From: a virus
IMG/VR virus record: IMGVR_UViG_3300035670_000049
Span: 56,337-120,336 of that record
Reading direction: 5' to 3' (one strand)
Length of the DNA stretch: 64,000 nucleotides
The position numbers and the translations under genes were made by a program. Below the pieces are notes generated by a model. That model did no database searches. It saw only the letters and a program-made list of their open reading frames with translations, and was not told the DNA's origin. Below, piece by piece: positions 25,181 to 33,345 of this stretch; the stretch's first letter is position 1, and every line of letters starts with the position of its first letter.

Positions 25181-25502
25181 TCTCTTTCCTACTCCTTTCT
25201 TTGGCGGCTTCTATGTCAGATAGATACGACTCATCCTGTTCATCTTGTTGCTCTACCTCTTTCCACTTATTTTTAGCAACAGCAATGACATACGAAAGAG
25301 GATCACCTGTCAAGTCTCTTTCAGATGATTCCACTATTGCTTCAAACATAGGCCAGAAGCCATAATTATTAAGCGCCCGATAAAACCTTGGAATAGAAGA
25401 GGCTGGCGTCCCAAGTAACTCTTGGTAAAACGCCAGCCATGTCTTCTTTGTCCCACGGTTCAAATCAAAGCGCCAACGACTTAGCGGCTTTGATTGTTCC
25501 AT
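25143..25502 (-). CDS. DnaD C-terminal-like domain protein
   Basis: FYQELLG...ALNNYG...EAIVES...SYVIAVAKNKW resembles the DnaD YIxxILxxW helix; lies in ssb-dnaB operon. Confidence 0.5.
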   Translation of the reverse strand: MEQSKPLSRWRFDLNRGTKKTWLAFYQELLGTPASSIPRFYRALNNYGFWPMFEAIVESSERDLTGDPLSYVIAVAKNKWKEVEQQDEQDESYLSDIEAAKERSRKENEELAARLKSLQ

Positions 25503-25509
25503 ATTGACC

Positions 25510-25959
25510 TCAACTTAATATCGTAGACAGTAACCATGAGGGCTTTGGGTTGCTAGATTTTACTCCAAGTATCTCAAGAGCCTTGTTCAACTTATCATCC
25601 CAATCAGGATCGACTGCTAAATCATCGGGGATGATAGGAACAGGTTCTCCCTGATAGGCTCTATAAGTTTTAGCGGATAGAATATAACCCGGATAATCGT
25701 AGGAGCAGTAGTAGATAATCTCTAAGCCTAACTTCTTCTCTGCTTCCCTTAATCGCTCATAAAAGCCTTCTCCATCATTCTCTTTCCAAGTTTCAGTAAA
25801 GCCTATCATTTCTCTTACGAGATAATGTTCAGCAAACTCACCGAATCCTTCACCTTCCTCGTTGTCAGAGTCCCACCATTCGGGAAACTCAAATTCAATA
25901 GATTCCTCTAATCCAAGATCATATCCATACGCTAGAAGGCCATCCCAATCAAGTCCCAT
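25510..25959 (-). CDS. Acidic hypothetical phage protein
   Basis: 149-aa ORF rich in D/E and aromatics. Confidence 0.65.
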   Translation of the reverse strand: MGLDWDGLLAYGYDLGLEESIEFEFPEWWDSDNEEGEGFGEFAEHYLVREMIGFTETWKENDGEGFYERLREAEKKLGLEIIYYCSYDYPGYILSAKTYRAYQGEPVPIIPDDLAVDPDWDDKLNKALEILGVKSSNPKPSWLLSTILS

Positions 25960-25960
25960 G

Positions 25961-26695
25961 TTACTTCACCCCACGGGCCTCATTGACTTCCTTGATTGTT
26001 GCGCCAGCAAGATACATCTCAATCTCTTCTACGCTTGTAGGCTCGGATAGAAGATCAAGATCAAATAACTTCTGCTTCTCGCCATTCTCATCAAGGAATG
26101 CATCCTCTGTTAAGTCTTCAACCTTTAGAGGATTGGCTGCAATTTGTCGATCACGTCCCGTACCTTGGGCCATGAAAACAATGTCATACTGATCGATAGT
26201 TGCGTTATAATCCTCTGAGTACATCTTCTCAATAGGATTAAGCGTCTTGTTGAATAATTCTGGACCACCCTCAAGAATCTTGACCTTGTTTAGTGGCTGA
26301 AACTCTGCCTTAGCAAGATCAGCCTTACAAAACTGGCACTTCTTTCCGGGGGTAGTATTGCCACAGGCATCACAAACGGCATGGGGTGTACGATCAAGAA
26401 CGTTAACAACGAAGCGTCGGCGCGCTCCCAATTCCTTCTTCTTAGGATCGTCATCAGACATTTTCTCGATCATCTTCTCAATCGGGCACGGACGTACCTG
26501 AGAGGATGTATTAGGACAATTGACGGCAAATCCCTTGCCCCCATTTGCCATAGGAAGCCAGTGCTTCCAGATTGTCTTCGCTCGATTATCTAAAATACGA
26601 AGAACAACTCTATACTCGGGTGTAAATTTAACGTAAGAATTACTGGTGCGATTACGAGTTTCCGAATAACTTCTCGGCTCTTCACTGAACGGCAT
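25961..26695 (-). CDS. ssb: gp32-like single-stranded DNA-binding protein
   Basis: VLRIL..KHW..NC..CPI..ARRRFVVNVLDR..KILEGG..F..Y.I....GTG..acidic tail; AAAGGAG RBS. Confidence 0.75.
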   Translation of the reverse strand: MPFSEEPRSYSETRNRTSNSYVKFTPEYRVVLRILDNRAKTIWKHWLPMANGGKGFAVNCPNTSSQVRPCPIEKMIEKMSDDDPKKKELGARRRFVVNVLDRTPHAVCDACGNTTPGKKCQFCKADLAKAEFQPLNKVKILEGGPELFNKTLNPIEKMYSEDYNATIDQYDIVFMAQGTGRDRQIAANPLKVEDLTEDAFLDENGEKQKLFDLDLLSEPTSVEEIEMYLAGATIKEVNEARGVK

Positions 26696-26831
26696 ATAGG
26701 TACTCCTTTGTACAAACTTCGGCCTGTCCGCACTTCGGACATTGGGCTCAATATGTAGACTAACAGATTGGTATCTCTAGGTTCAAATCGTGCGACAAGG
26801 CAGTGGCAATTCCTCCTTCCTTAGTATGCTC

Positions 26832-26854
26832 AGAGTATATACAGTATATACTCT
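26832..26854. repeat. 10-bp-arm palindrome within AT-rich AGTAT repeats
   Basis: AGAGTATATA-CAG-TATATACTCT. Confidence 0.7.
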
Positions 26855-26871
26855 ATATAAATATATAAGAA

Positions 26872-26901
26872 AGTATAACACACTCAACCTACCAGAGTCA
26901 A
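26872..26901 (-). promoter_or_regulatory. Sigma70-type promoter for replication operon
   Basis: TTGACT-18 bp-TATACT with TG extension. Confidence 0.7.
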
Positions 26902-26906
26902 ATCGA

Positions 26907-26949
26907 AAATAAAAAATAATGGGGACCCAACAGAATTGCTAGGTCCCCA
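26907..26949 (-). terminator. Intrinsic terminator after lysis cassette
   Basis: TGGGGACC/GGTCCCCA stem extended by G-U pairs, then T-rich tract. Confidence 0.8.
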
Positions 26950-26962
26950 CATAGTATACAAT

Positions 26963-27250
26963 TTATTCTGGAGATGCGTTCTCGGTTAACGGCTCAGGAT
27001 CAGCATTAGCCTCGTTGGCTATTGCATTTTCTCTTAAGAATTTGTCAACACCCTGTAACACTGCCGTTACAATTAATACGACCCAAGGGCTAGCATCCGA
27101 GGGAAGTAATATTCCCTGTGCTAGTGCTGCAACTAAGATACCAACGGCTACGGATAACCCTGCCTTTATAGCTCTGAGCAACGCTCCCTTTGTAGGATAT
27201 GGAAGATCGCGCCAAAACGGAATCTTATCTAACCATCCAAATAGTGACAT
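26963..27250 (-). CDS. Putative holin
   Basis: Two TM helices, acidic tail, directly after lytic enzymes. Confidence 0.7.
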   Translation of the reverse strand: MSLFGWLDKIPFWRDLPYPTKGALLRAIKAGLSVAVGILVAALAQGILLPSDASPWVVLIVTAVLQGVDKFLRENAIANEANADPEPLTENASPE

Positions 27251-27264
27251 AAATTCAACCTCCT

Positions 27265-27915
27265 TTATAGAGACTTTCTACGAGTAGGATATATAATATA
27301 AGTATTGGAAAAGTTACTATATCTTGGTAGATTACGCATAGCAACATTCAACTGGCTTGCTGTAATTCTATCGTACTTTGGTTTCTCCGGTCGGGCTGGA
27401 GAATTATGATCAGGATCACGAATAAAGATATCCTTATGTGTGCTTCCATTAACAGTATGATATCGCTTACCTATTGCTAAAATAGCATGTGGACCTCTGA
27501 AATTACAATCAGTACGTCCTGATATTTCTGCCTTTGGGGAACCACATCTTCCATGCTCGTTAGGATATGATCCGTACCATACCCCTATAAAAACAGGCCC
27601 ATAAGCAAGATATCTCCAAACATCCCCTGCATCGGCTCCGAATCCTACCTTATAGTGACCAAGACCAAACTTTTCTAGTGCCCATAAAATTTCAAGGTGG
27701 TTTAACCCGGTACAAGGAGCCTCATTAAATGAGTATTTTGACTGTGCTACCCTTCTAATTTCTGCTAACGAGTAATGTCTTTCCTTGTAGAAATCTACAA
27801 TCATTTGAACACAAGTATCTGAACAACAAGATGATCCACCGCAGGGTGCTCCTGCTTGTCCAAACTGAAACCTAGGAGGATACTCAAAGATATTTTTACT
27901 GTGCGGTAATGCCAT
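27265..27915 (-). CDS. C39-like cysteine peptidase (putative lysin)
   Basis: SCCSDTCVQMIV (Cys), PHAILAIG (His), IRDP (Asp). Confidence 0.72.
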   Translation of the reverse strand: MALPHSKNIFEYPPRFQFGQAGAPCGGSSCCSDTCVQMIVDFYKERHYSLAEIRRVAQSKYSFNEAPCTGLNHLEILWALEKFGLGHYKVGFGADAGDVWRYLAYGPVFIGVWYGSYPNEHGRCGSPKAEISGRTDCNFRGPHAILAIGKRYHTVNGSTHKDIFIRDPDHNSPARPEKPKYDRITASQLNVAMRNLPRYSNFSNTYIIYPTRRKSL

Positions 27916-27929
27916 AGAAAATCACCCCC

Positions 27930-28742
27930 TTATAATGCGACGATTTCGTCGGCTTTAGTAGATATTTGTGTAGACAAAGTTTTAATTTCAATCGCCTTAT
28001 CCTTAGCCTGTGATAACTTATTATTTGCTACCAAAGCTTCAGCAATAGCAGCATTTCTTTGGTTTTCTAGTTCAGTTATTTGCTGCTCTAAAAGATTAAG
28101 GGTATCTTGTATAGCCATCGTACTTCCTCTTAGTTGTTGAATTAATATTGGTTGCCATCCAGGGAATCCACTTGTATCTAACTTATATGGTCGCCAACAA
28201 TATGGTTTCAATCTTCCCGATATTCGATTATGATCTATAATTGTTTCTGTTACGGGAATTATATTACCCAAAGCTACTGCTGTAGTATTTTCTCGTATCT
28301 GTATGCCTACGTAACGCATCAGATCAATACTTCCAGATAGCAGAATAGTTTGTAACCAGCAAGAAGCATCCTTTACTGCTTGTGTTACAACACCATCATT
28401 AGGTCCACCATCTTCATGTTCTATACTAACAGTATAGTAATTAGGATTGATTACTGTGCCATTCTCGGTCTTCTTTATTAGAGTCCATCCACCGGAAGGA
28501 TCATAGTTGCCATTGCCCCAAGCACTATCTGATAGATCAACATACTGACTAATTCTTACAGGCCCACCGGCTGTACGGTATCCAATACCAAAGTGAGCAG
28601 ATACATCCCTATCTGGATTAGCAAATGTTGCATCTGTTCCCGGTAGATACCCGACCATTCGGTGGTTTACAATTGCAATAGGTTGGTAGCCATTTCTCCC
28701 CGTCCACTTATTGGGCGAGGGTTTAAATGTTATTTGATACAT
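27930..28742 (-). CDS. N-acetylmuramoyl-L-alanine amidase (Amidase_2) endolysin with C-terminal coiled coil
   Basis: IVNHRM, VSAHFGIG, QYV..SDSAWGNG, VSIEHE. Confidence 0.88.
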   Translation of the reverse strand: MYQITFKPSPNKWTGRNGYQPIAIVNHRMVGYLPGTDATFANPDRDVSAHFGIGYRTAGGPVRISQYVDLSDSAWGNGNYDPSGGWTLIKKTENGTVINPNYYTVSIEHEDGGPNDGVVTQAVKDASCWLQTILLSGSIDLMRYVGIQIRENTTAVALGNIIPVTETIIDHNRISGRLKPYCWRPYKLDTSGFPGWQPILIQQLRGSTMAIQDTLNLLEQQITELENQRNAAIAEALVANNKLSQAKDKAIEIKTLSTQISTKADEIVAL

Positions 28743-29954
28743 CTAGTATGCCTCATGAGTGTTTAAAGTTTTAGGAAGAGTGTGCGTAATACTACGTATA
28801 ATTGCATCAAATTGTTTAGCAATCGTATCCCAATTAAATTTATCTTGAGTGATATAATTATACGCATCCGCAGTTAGTTTTAAACGAAGGTCGTGGCTAT
28901 TGTATATCGTGTTAAGTTTTACTACAAGATCATCTACATCAGATACTCCACCCCACGTATTTATCCCCGAGACATTAAGTATCCACGCAGATGTTTTAAC
29001 CGTTAAACCTCCATGACCTTCTACCAGTTCTCGTAAGCAGGAGTGGTCTGAGACAATCTGTGGGCACCCTACGGCCATTGATTCCGCCACGGGTAGTCCA
29101 AACCCATCTCCAAGAGAGATGAGTGCATTCACATCAAAAGAATTGTAAATCATATTGAGCATATAGGTAGGAACACCTTCAGGTAAATTTAACCCTTCCG
29201 TTAGAATTAACTTATCCTTAAGATTGAATTGCCTAGAGAGGTCTAGGATATCAAACCCAACATCCTGTAACGCTGTATGAATATACAACTTAGCGTTGGG
29301 CTTATCCTTTGAGAATTCAGAGAATGCTTTCATGAGAATGTCAAATCGTTTTCTATACTGATTTCGTGCTACCATTCCAACAATGAAAGCATCGAGCGGT
29401 AGTCCGAGGGCTTGCCTAGCCTCTTGCTGCGGGATAGGAAAGAAATTTTTTGTATCTACTCCATGATAAATTTGGTGTAGATTCTTCGGACGCTTACCAT
29501 TAGCCTCAGTGATTACGCTTTCAGCATAGTGAGAGTAACAGACCTGTGCATCAAATTTATCCGTCAGCATCTCTGCCCACTGTGGTTTTAGTGGTCCAGC
29601 ATCGATAGGATAATAAGCGATGTACTTTATATAAGCATCATTAAAATCACGGGGTTTATGCTCCAAATATTTTTCTATTACCCAGGGATCATTTAAAAAG
29701 AATATGATATCAGGTCGTATCTTTCTAGCAAGATACCACATCTTAGAGTATCCATATACCAACTCTATTGGCCCCTTGTCGCAGGGCCAAATATCGTAGG
29801 GAAATTCGTTTCTATCATAGGGATCACCGTACATATTTATTCCCATAACATGCACCTCATGCCCCAAGTTTTGAAGCCTTCCCAGTATACTTTTACTTAC
29901 CTGACCGAAACCTGTTGTTACTGTAGGACTGTCCCCTACATAAAAAATTCTCAT
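28743..29954 (-). CDS. GT-B (GT4-like) glycosyltransferase
   Basis: DSP..TGFG N-terminus; ARNQYRKRFD; YNSFDV...GDGFGLPVAESMAVGCPQI. Confidence 0.92.
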   Translation of the reverse strand: MRIFYVGDSPTVTTGFGQVSKSILGRLQNLGHEVHVMGINMYGDPYDRNEFPYDIWPCDKGPIELVYGYSKMWYLARKIRPDIIFFLNDPWVIEKYLEHKPRDFNDAYIKYIAYYPIDAGPLKPQWAEMLTDKFDAQVCYSHYAESVITEANGKRPKNLHQIYHGVDTKNFFPIPQQEARQALGLPLDAFIVGMVARNQYRKRFDILMKAFSEFSKDKPNAKLYIHTALQDVGFDILDLSRQFNLKDKLILTEGLNLPEGVPTYMLNMIYNSFDVNALISLGDGFGLPVAESMAVGCPQIVSDHSCLRELVEGHGGLTVKTSAWILNVSGINTWGGVSDVDDLVVKLNTIYNSHDLRLKLTADAYNYITQDKFNWDTIAKQFDAIIRSITHTLPKTLNTHEAY

Positions 29955-30003
29955 TAACCTTCTCCTTTTGCGGGCCTTGATTTCCCCCTCTATCTAATCG
30001 TCA

Positions 30004-30033
30004 ATTATAGCACAATGGGGGCACGTCAGTCAA
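30004..30033 (-). promoter_or_regulatory. Sigma70-type promoter upstream of GT4-lysis operon
   Basis: TTGACT-18 bp-TATAAT with TG extension. Confidence 0.78.
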
Positions 30034-30289
30034 AGTAGTCGCTGTATTTCAAGATATTCGGACAACTACAATCCTTTTCAAAGGGCTCTACAACGTATTC
30101 ATATTCCATCCCTGTTCGTTCAGCACGTACTTGTACTTTCTTTTGCTTCCAGCCATGATCACGTGCATACCTTGTAGCCTCTGCCATGCTTGATGTGCGT
30201 AGCATATCCCAAGATACTTTCTTAGCCCGCATATTTTTAGCAGCCTCAACTCTTCTCTTCTCTGCTTCTGCTGTGAATACAACTCCCAT
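30026..30289 (-). CDS. Hypothetical protein
   Basis: AGGAG RBS. Confidence 0.6.
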   Translation of the reverse strand: MGVVFTAEAEKRRVEAAKNMRAKKVSWDMLRTSSMAEATRYARDHGWKQKKVQVRAERTGMEYEYVVEPFEKDCSCPNILKYSDYFD

Positions 30290-30298
30290 TGTTATCTC

Positions 30299-30514
30299 CT
30301 ACTCGATTTCAATTCTTGCTTCAACACGACCGATGCCATCATCACACGTTATCTCCAAAGTATGCTCCCCCGGTTCTGCACAGTAAGGAGATAAATCGAT
30401 ATCAGGGAAGCGATACTCTATCTCATTTAATTCAAGGGTTTCTTCCCCGAATATCCAATATGTAACATCAACATCATCGACGTATATTCGTATTCCTGTT
30501 GGATATGTTGCCAT
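30299..30514 (-). CDS. Small beta-rich putative tail-tip protein
   Basis: Position after tail-tip genes; beta-strand pattern. Confidence 0.55.
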   Translation of the reverse strand: MATYPTGIRIYVDDVDVTYWIFGEETLELNEIEYRFPDIDLSPYCAEPGEHTLEITCDDGIGRVEARIEIE

Positions 30515-30526
30515 TTCTTTACCTCC

Positions 30527-32320
30527 TTATGTAAAACTAAGGTAATCAAATTCTATTAAAGTTTCAGGCATAGAGTTATACCCAAAACATTGAATAAAGA
30601 ACCAGTCAGCAGTTGCCATAGAGACAATCCCTGTTTGTCCAGTTGCTTCTACATCCCAAGACGCAGGTTCACTCTCTTGTTGATCCGCCCAAACTTTTGC
30701 TCGTAGTAAACTTCCCGGCCTAACTTCCCATTTAATGGTATACCAAACATTTGCTTCCCATACTCTTCCTGCACTGGATAATGCTGGACCTGAATACCCC
30801 GAGGCTCCTATCCAAATTCCTGAAAAGTCAGGATCAGAATTTTGAGATATATAAAGAACAAGATTTGCCTTGTACACATAAGGGTATTCATGAACACCGG
30901 GATTTAGTTGGAAGAAATCACCAGCGGATGTTCCTGCTGGAACATAAGACAGTTTAAATCTGAGAGTCATTAAAAATCCATTTGCACTTGCCCAAGGTCC
31001 AAGAGTATCTTTAAATCCAGCAGTTGGACTACTTGCTCCATAACTTCCCCCTGCGGGCCATAAAATATATGCAGCACCATTTGAAACTCCTGATCGTTCA
31101 TCTTTAACTCCTGCGCCTAAATCCCACGTAAGTCCAAAATCAGAAGTCCCCCAACCGCTATAGAAATTGTAGAATTCTCCTAGATCATTATCATCCCATA
31201 CGGGTCCTATAGTTCGCGTAAAGGTATCAAATAAAACAGTCTCACAAGCATTGACTCCTGCAATGTCAAGTGAATCTACATAAACATCAAATTTTGCATA
31301 ATTTCCGTAGTAACCTCCGCTTCCACCAATATATACTGAAGAAAGTCCTGTAAAATTAGCACTCATATCCACAAGAGATAAGGTAGGTGTCGTAGGTTCT
31401 GTATCTGCGATTCTCCAAACATAAGCATCAAAAGATGTTGCACTAGTAACAATAATTCTAGCGAAGAATTGTTCATCAGGAGTAATTCCAATATTATAAG
31501 AATTTGTTTGTACAGGACCCTCAAGCGTTAAACTTCCATTTAGGGCTAAAGAAAGACCAAATGAATCAGTACTAGCACTATCTGCTGCAAAAAATACTTG
31601 CCCAGTAGTCCCATTAACCATCCTCATAGAGACAACCATATCAACAAATCCAGAAGAAACAGAAGTAATCAGAGTTGCAAACGTATTACCATCTACACTA
31701 ATATGTCCCTCTCCATTAGCAACATCTGTTCCTCGATAGTTACCTAAATACCCCCATGCAATTCCTGCATCGCTTGTTCCCCAACCATCAGTTACAGATC
31801 GTGTAAAGGTATCTGTGACACACATAAATGGAGTCATTTCGTCGTAGTAACTACAATTCACATCACTATATCGATAGACATAGCAGATGGTAACTGTATC
31901 TGATCCAAGACAAGCATCAAGATAAAGAATTCCAGCATCAGGATCAGACTCAGTTACTCCAACGCTGATCCCTATCTCTCCGTTATATACTCGTACTGAT
32001 CCCGGTACATACGGGCGGTTAAGAAGAATAGAAGTGCTTGTAATCTCTGATACTAGGAATCTTTCACAAATCGCACAGTAGCAATCTCCACAGCAGCCAC
32101 CAGCACCGCTATTGGGAGGGGGATATTCAAACTGCATGTTTGCACGTATCTGCATACCCTTTCGCGGTACACGAAAACTCATAGTATACGGTACAATTGG
32201 ATCGAAGATATCTCTTGCGCGTTCAGCCATTCCGTATTCTGGAGAAGCAGTTTTAAGCGCACGATCTGCACGATTCCTCGTTTTATTTAACTCTCTGCCT
32301 AGTTCATTCACAGTATCCAT
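30527..32320 (-). CDS. Tail-tip/receptor-binding protein, paralogue 2
   Basis: N-terminus similar to 32320-33345; two DTFTR...GWGTSD.G..W repeats each starting a lectin-like region. Confidence 0.75.
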   Translation of the reverse strand: MDTVNELGRELNKTRNRADRALKTASPEYGMAERARDIFDPIVPYTMSFRVPRKGMQIRANMQFEYPPPNSGAGGCCGDCYCAICERFLVSEITSTSILLNRPYVPGSVRVYNGEIGISVGVTESDPDAGILYLDACLGSDTVTICYVYRYSDVNCSYYDEMTPFMCVTDTFTRSVTDGWGTSDAGIAWGYLGNYRGTDVANGEGHISVDGNTFATLITSVSSGFVDMVVSMRMVNGTTGQVFFAADSASTDSFGLSLALNGSLTLEGPVQTNSYNIGITPDEQFFARIIVTSATSFDAYVWRIADTEPTTPTLSLVDMSANFTGLSSVYIGGSGGYYGNYAKFDVYVDSLDIAGVNACETVLFDTFTRTIGPVWDDNDLGEFYNFYSGWGTSDFGLTWDLGAGVKDERSGVSNGAAYILWPAGGSYGASSPTAGFKDTLGPWASANGFLMTLRFKLSYVPAGTSAGDFFQLNPGVHEYPYVYKANLVLYISQNSDPDFSGIWIGASGYSGPALSSAGRVWEANVWYTIKWEVRPGSLLRAKVWADQQESEPASWDVEATGQTGIVSMATADWFFIQCFGYNSMPETLIEFDYLSFT

Positions 32321-33345
32321 TATGCTAACACCCAATCAAATCCGCCATAGAGAATCCAAAATCGAAATGGATCAAACTGGCTCTGCTGTACTTGAAAATC
32401 AAACCCAGATAATTCACTGTAGTGTGTACAAATTTCTGGATAGCCTGTTATCGTAACAGTTGGACAAGGATCATTGGCATCAATGTTGTATTGAACGAAG
32501 TCTGTTACGTGAGCGCCGGTATTAGGGTCCTTATGCCATACTTCAAAGTTATAGTATCCTGCTAGCCCATGTCCAGTTTCATTAATAACCCCATACCCCA
32601 TATATGGAGTAATATCTCCATTTCCTACCGTAATCATCCTAACCATATTGCCCATCTTACATGCAAGAGCCACCCAGCCCCCGCCCATATTCATAGATGT
32701 GTGTAATCCACCATTAGGATAAAATGGATAAGGCTCATCAGGCATACTTACTCCACCACGCATGTAGTGGATATATCCATACCGATCACTCGTTGCACCC
32801 TGTGAAAGTCCTAAGAGGATTCCACCGTAGATTGTATTCGGTGCAGGATAGTGACAGGTAGGAGTAGGGTTAGCGCAATTCTCTGTCTCAAAGTAACGCA
32901 TATAGCAAATCGTGACAGAGTTAGTGACTAAAGGGAGTTGTGTTACAAGAACAATACCATCTCCACTATCTATTTCTGCCCACCTTGAGAGGTCCCATGT
33001 TGTCCCGTTGACATATACTGAAAGAGTACCGGGAAAGTAGGGTTGTGATACTCGTAACTCATGATCACCGGCTTCAACGGTGAAACTCTCACAAGACATA
33101 CGAATATCGCTGCCAGTCATACAGTTAGAACCCGGTGGAGGTTTGTTAAATTCCAAGTCGAGCGAAACCCTCTTTTGGGTCTTAGCGACATTGAAATTCA
33201 TCGAGAATGGAACAACAGGATCAAAGATATCCCTTGTTCTCTCTACTCCCGGTCTGTTTGGTCGGCTTCTCTTTAATGCCCTATCCGCATGGTCACGGGA
33301 TTTGCTGATATATTTACCAACTTCGTTTAAGTTATCTGAGGCCAT
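32320..33345 (-). CDS. Tail-tip/receptor-binding protein, paralogue 1
   Basis: ADRALK...ER.RDIFDP.VP N-terminus; PY.PG...VY.NG beta-sandwich. Confidence 0.72.
   Translation of the reverse strand: MASDNLNEVGKYISKSRDHADRALKRSRPNRPGVERTRDIFDPVVPFSMNFNVAKTQKRVSLDLEFNKPPPGSNCMTGSDIRMSCESFTVEAGDHELRVSQPYFPGTLSVYVNGTTWDLSRWAEIDSGDGIVLVTQLPLVTNSVTICYMRYFETENCANPTPTCHYPAPNTIYGGILLGLSQGATSDRYGYIHYMRGGVSMPDEPYPFYPNGGLHTSMNMGGGWVALACKMGNMVRMITVGNGDITPYMGYGVINETGHGLAGYYNFEVWHKDPNTGAHVTDFVQYNIDANDPCPTVTITGYPEICTHYSELSGFDFQVQQSQFDPFRFWILYGGFDWVLA

Noticed and set aside
26750-26800. tRNA-like GGTTCAAATC (T-loop) at 26780-26789
   Set aside because: The flanks CTAGG and CGTGC cannot form a T-stem; no acceptor or anticodon arms found.
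26696-26812. Possible stop-codon reassignment (frame reading ...IPIC*STY*AQCPKCG...)
   Set aside because: It needs both TAG and TGA read-through, while all conserved genes are intact under the standard code.
26963-28742. Spanin genes
   Set aside because: No lipobox-bearing or nested Rz/Rz1-like ORF seen near the lysis genes.
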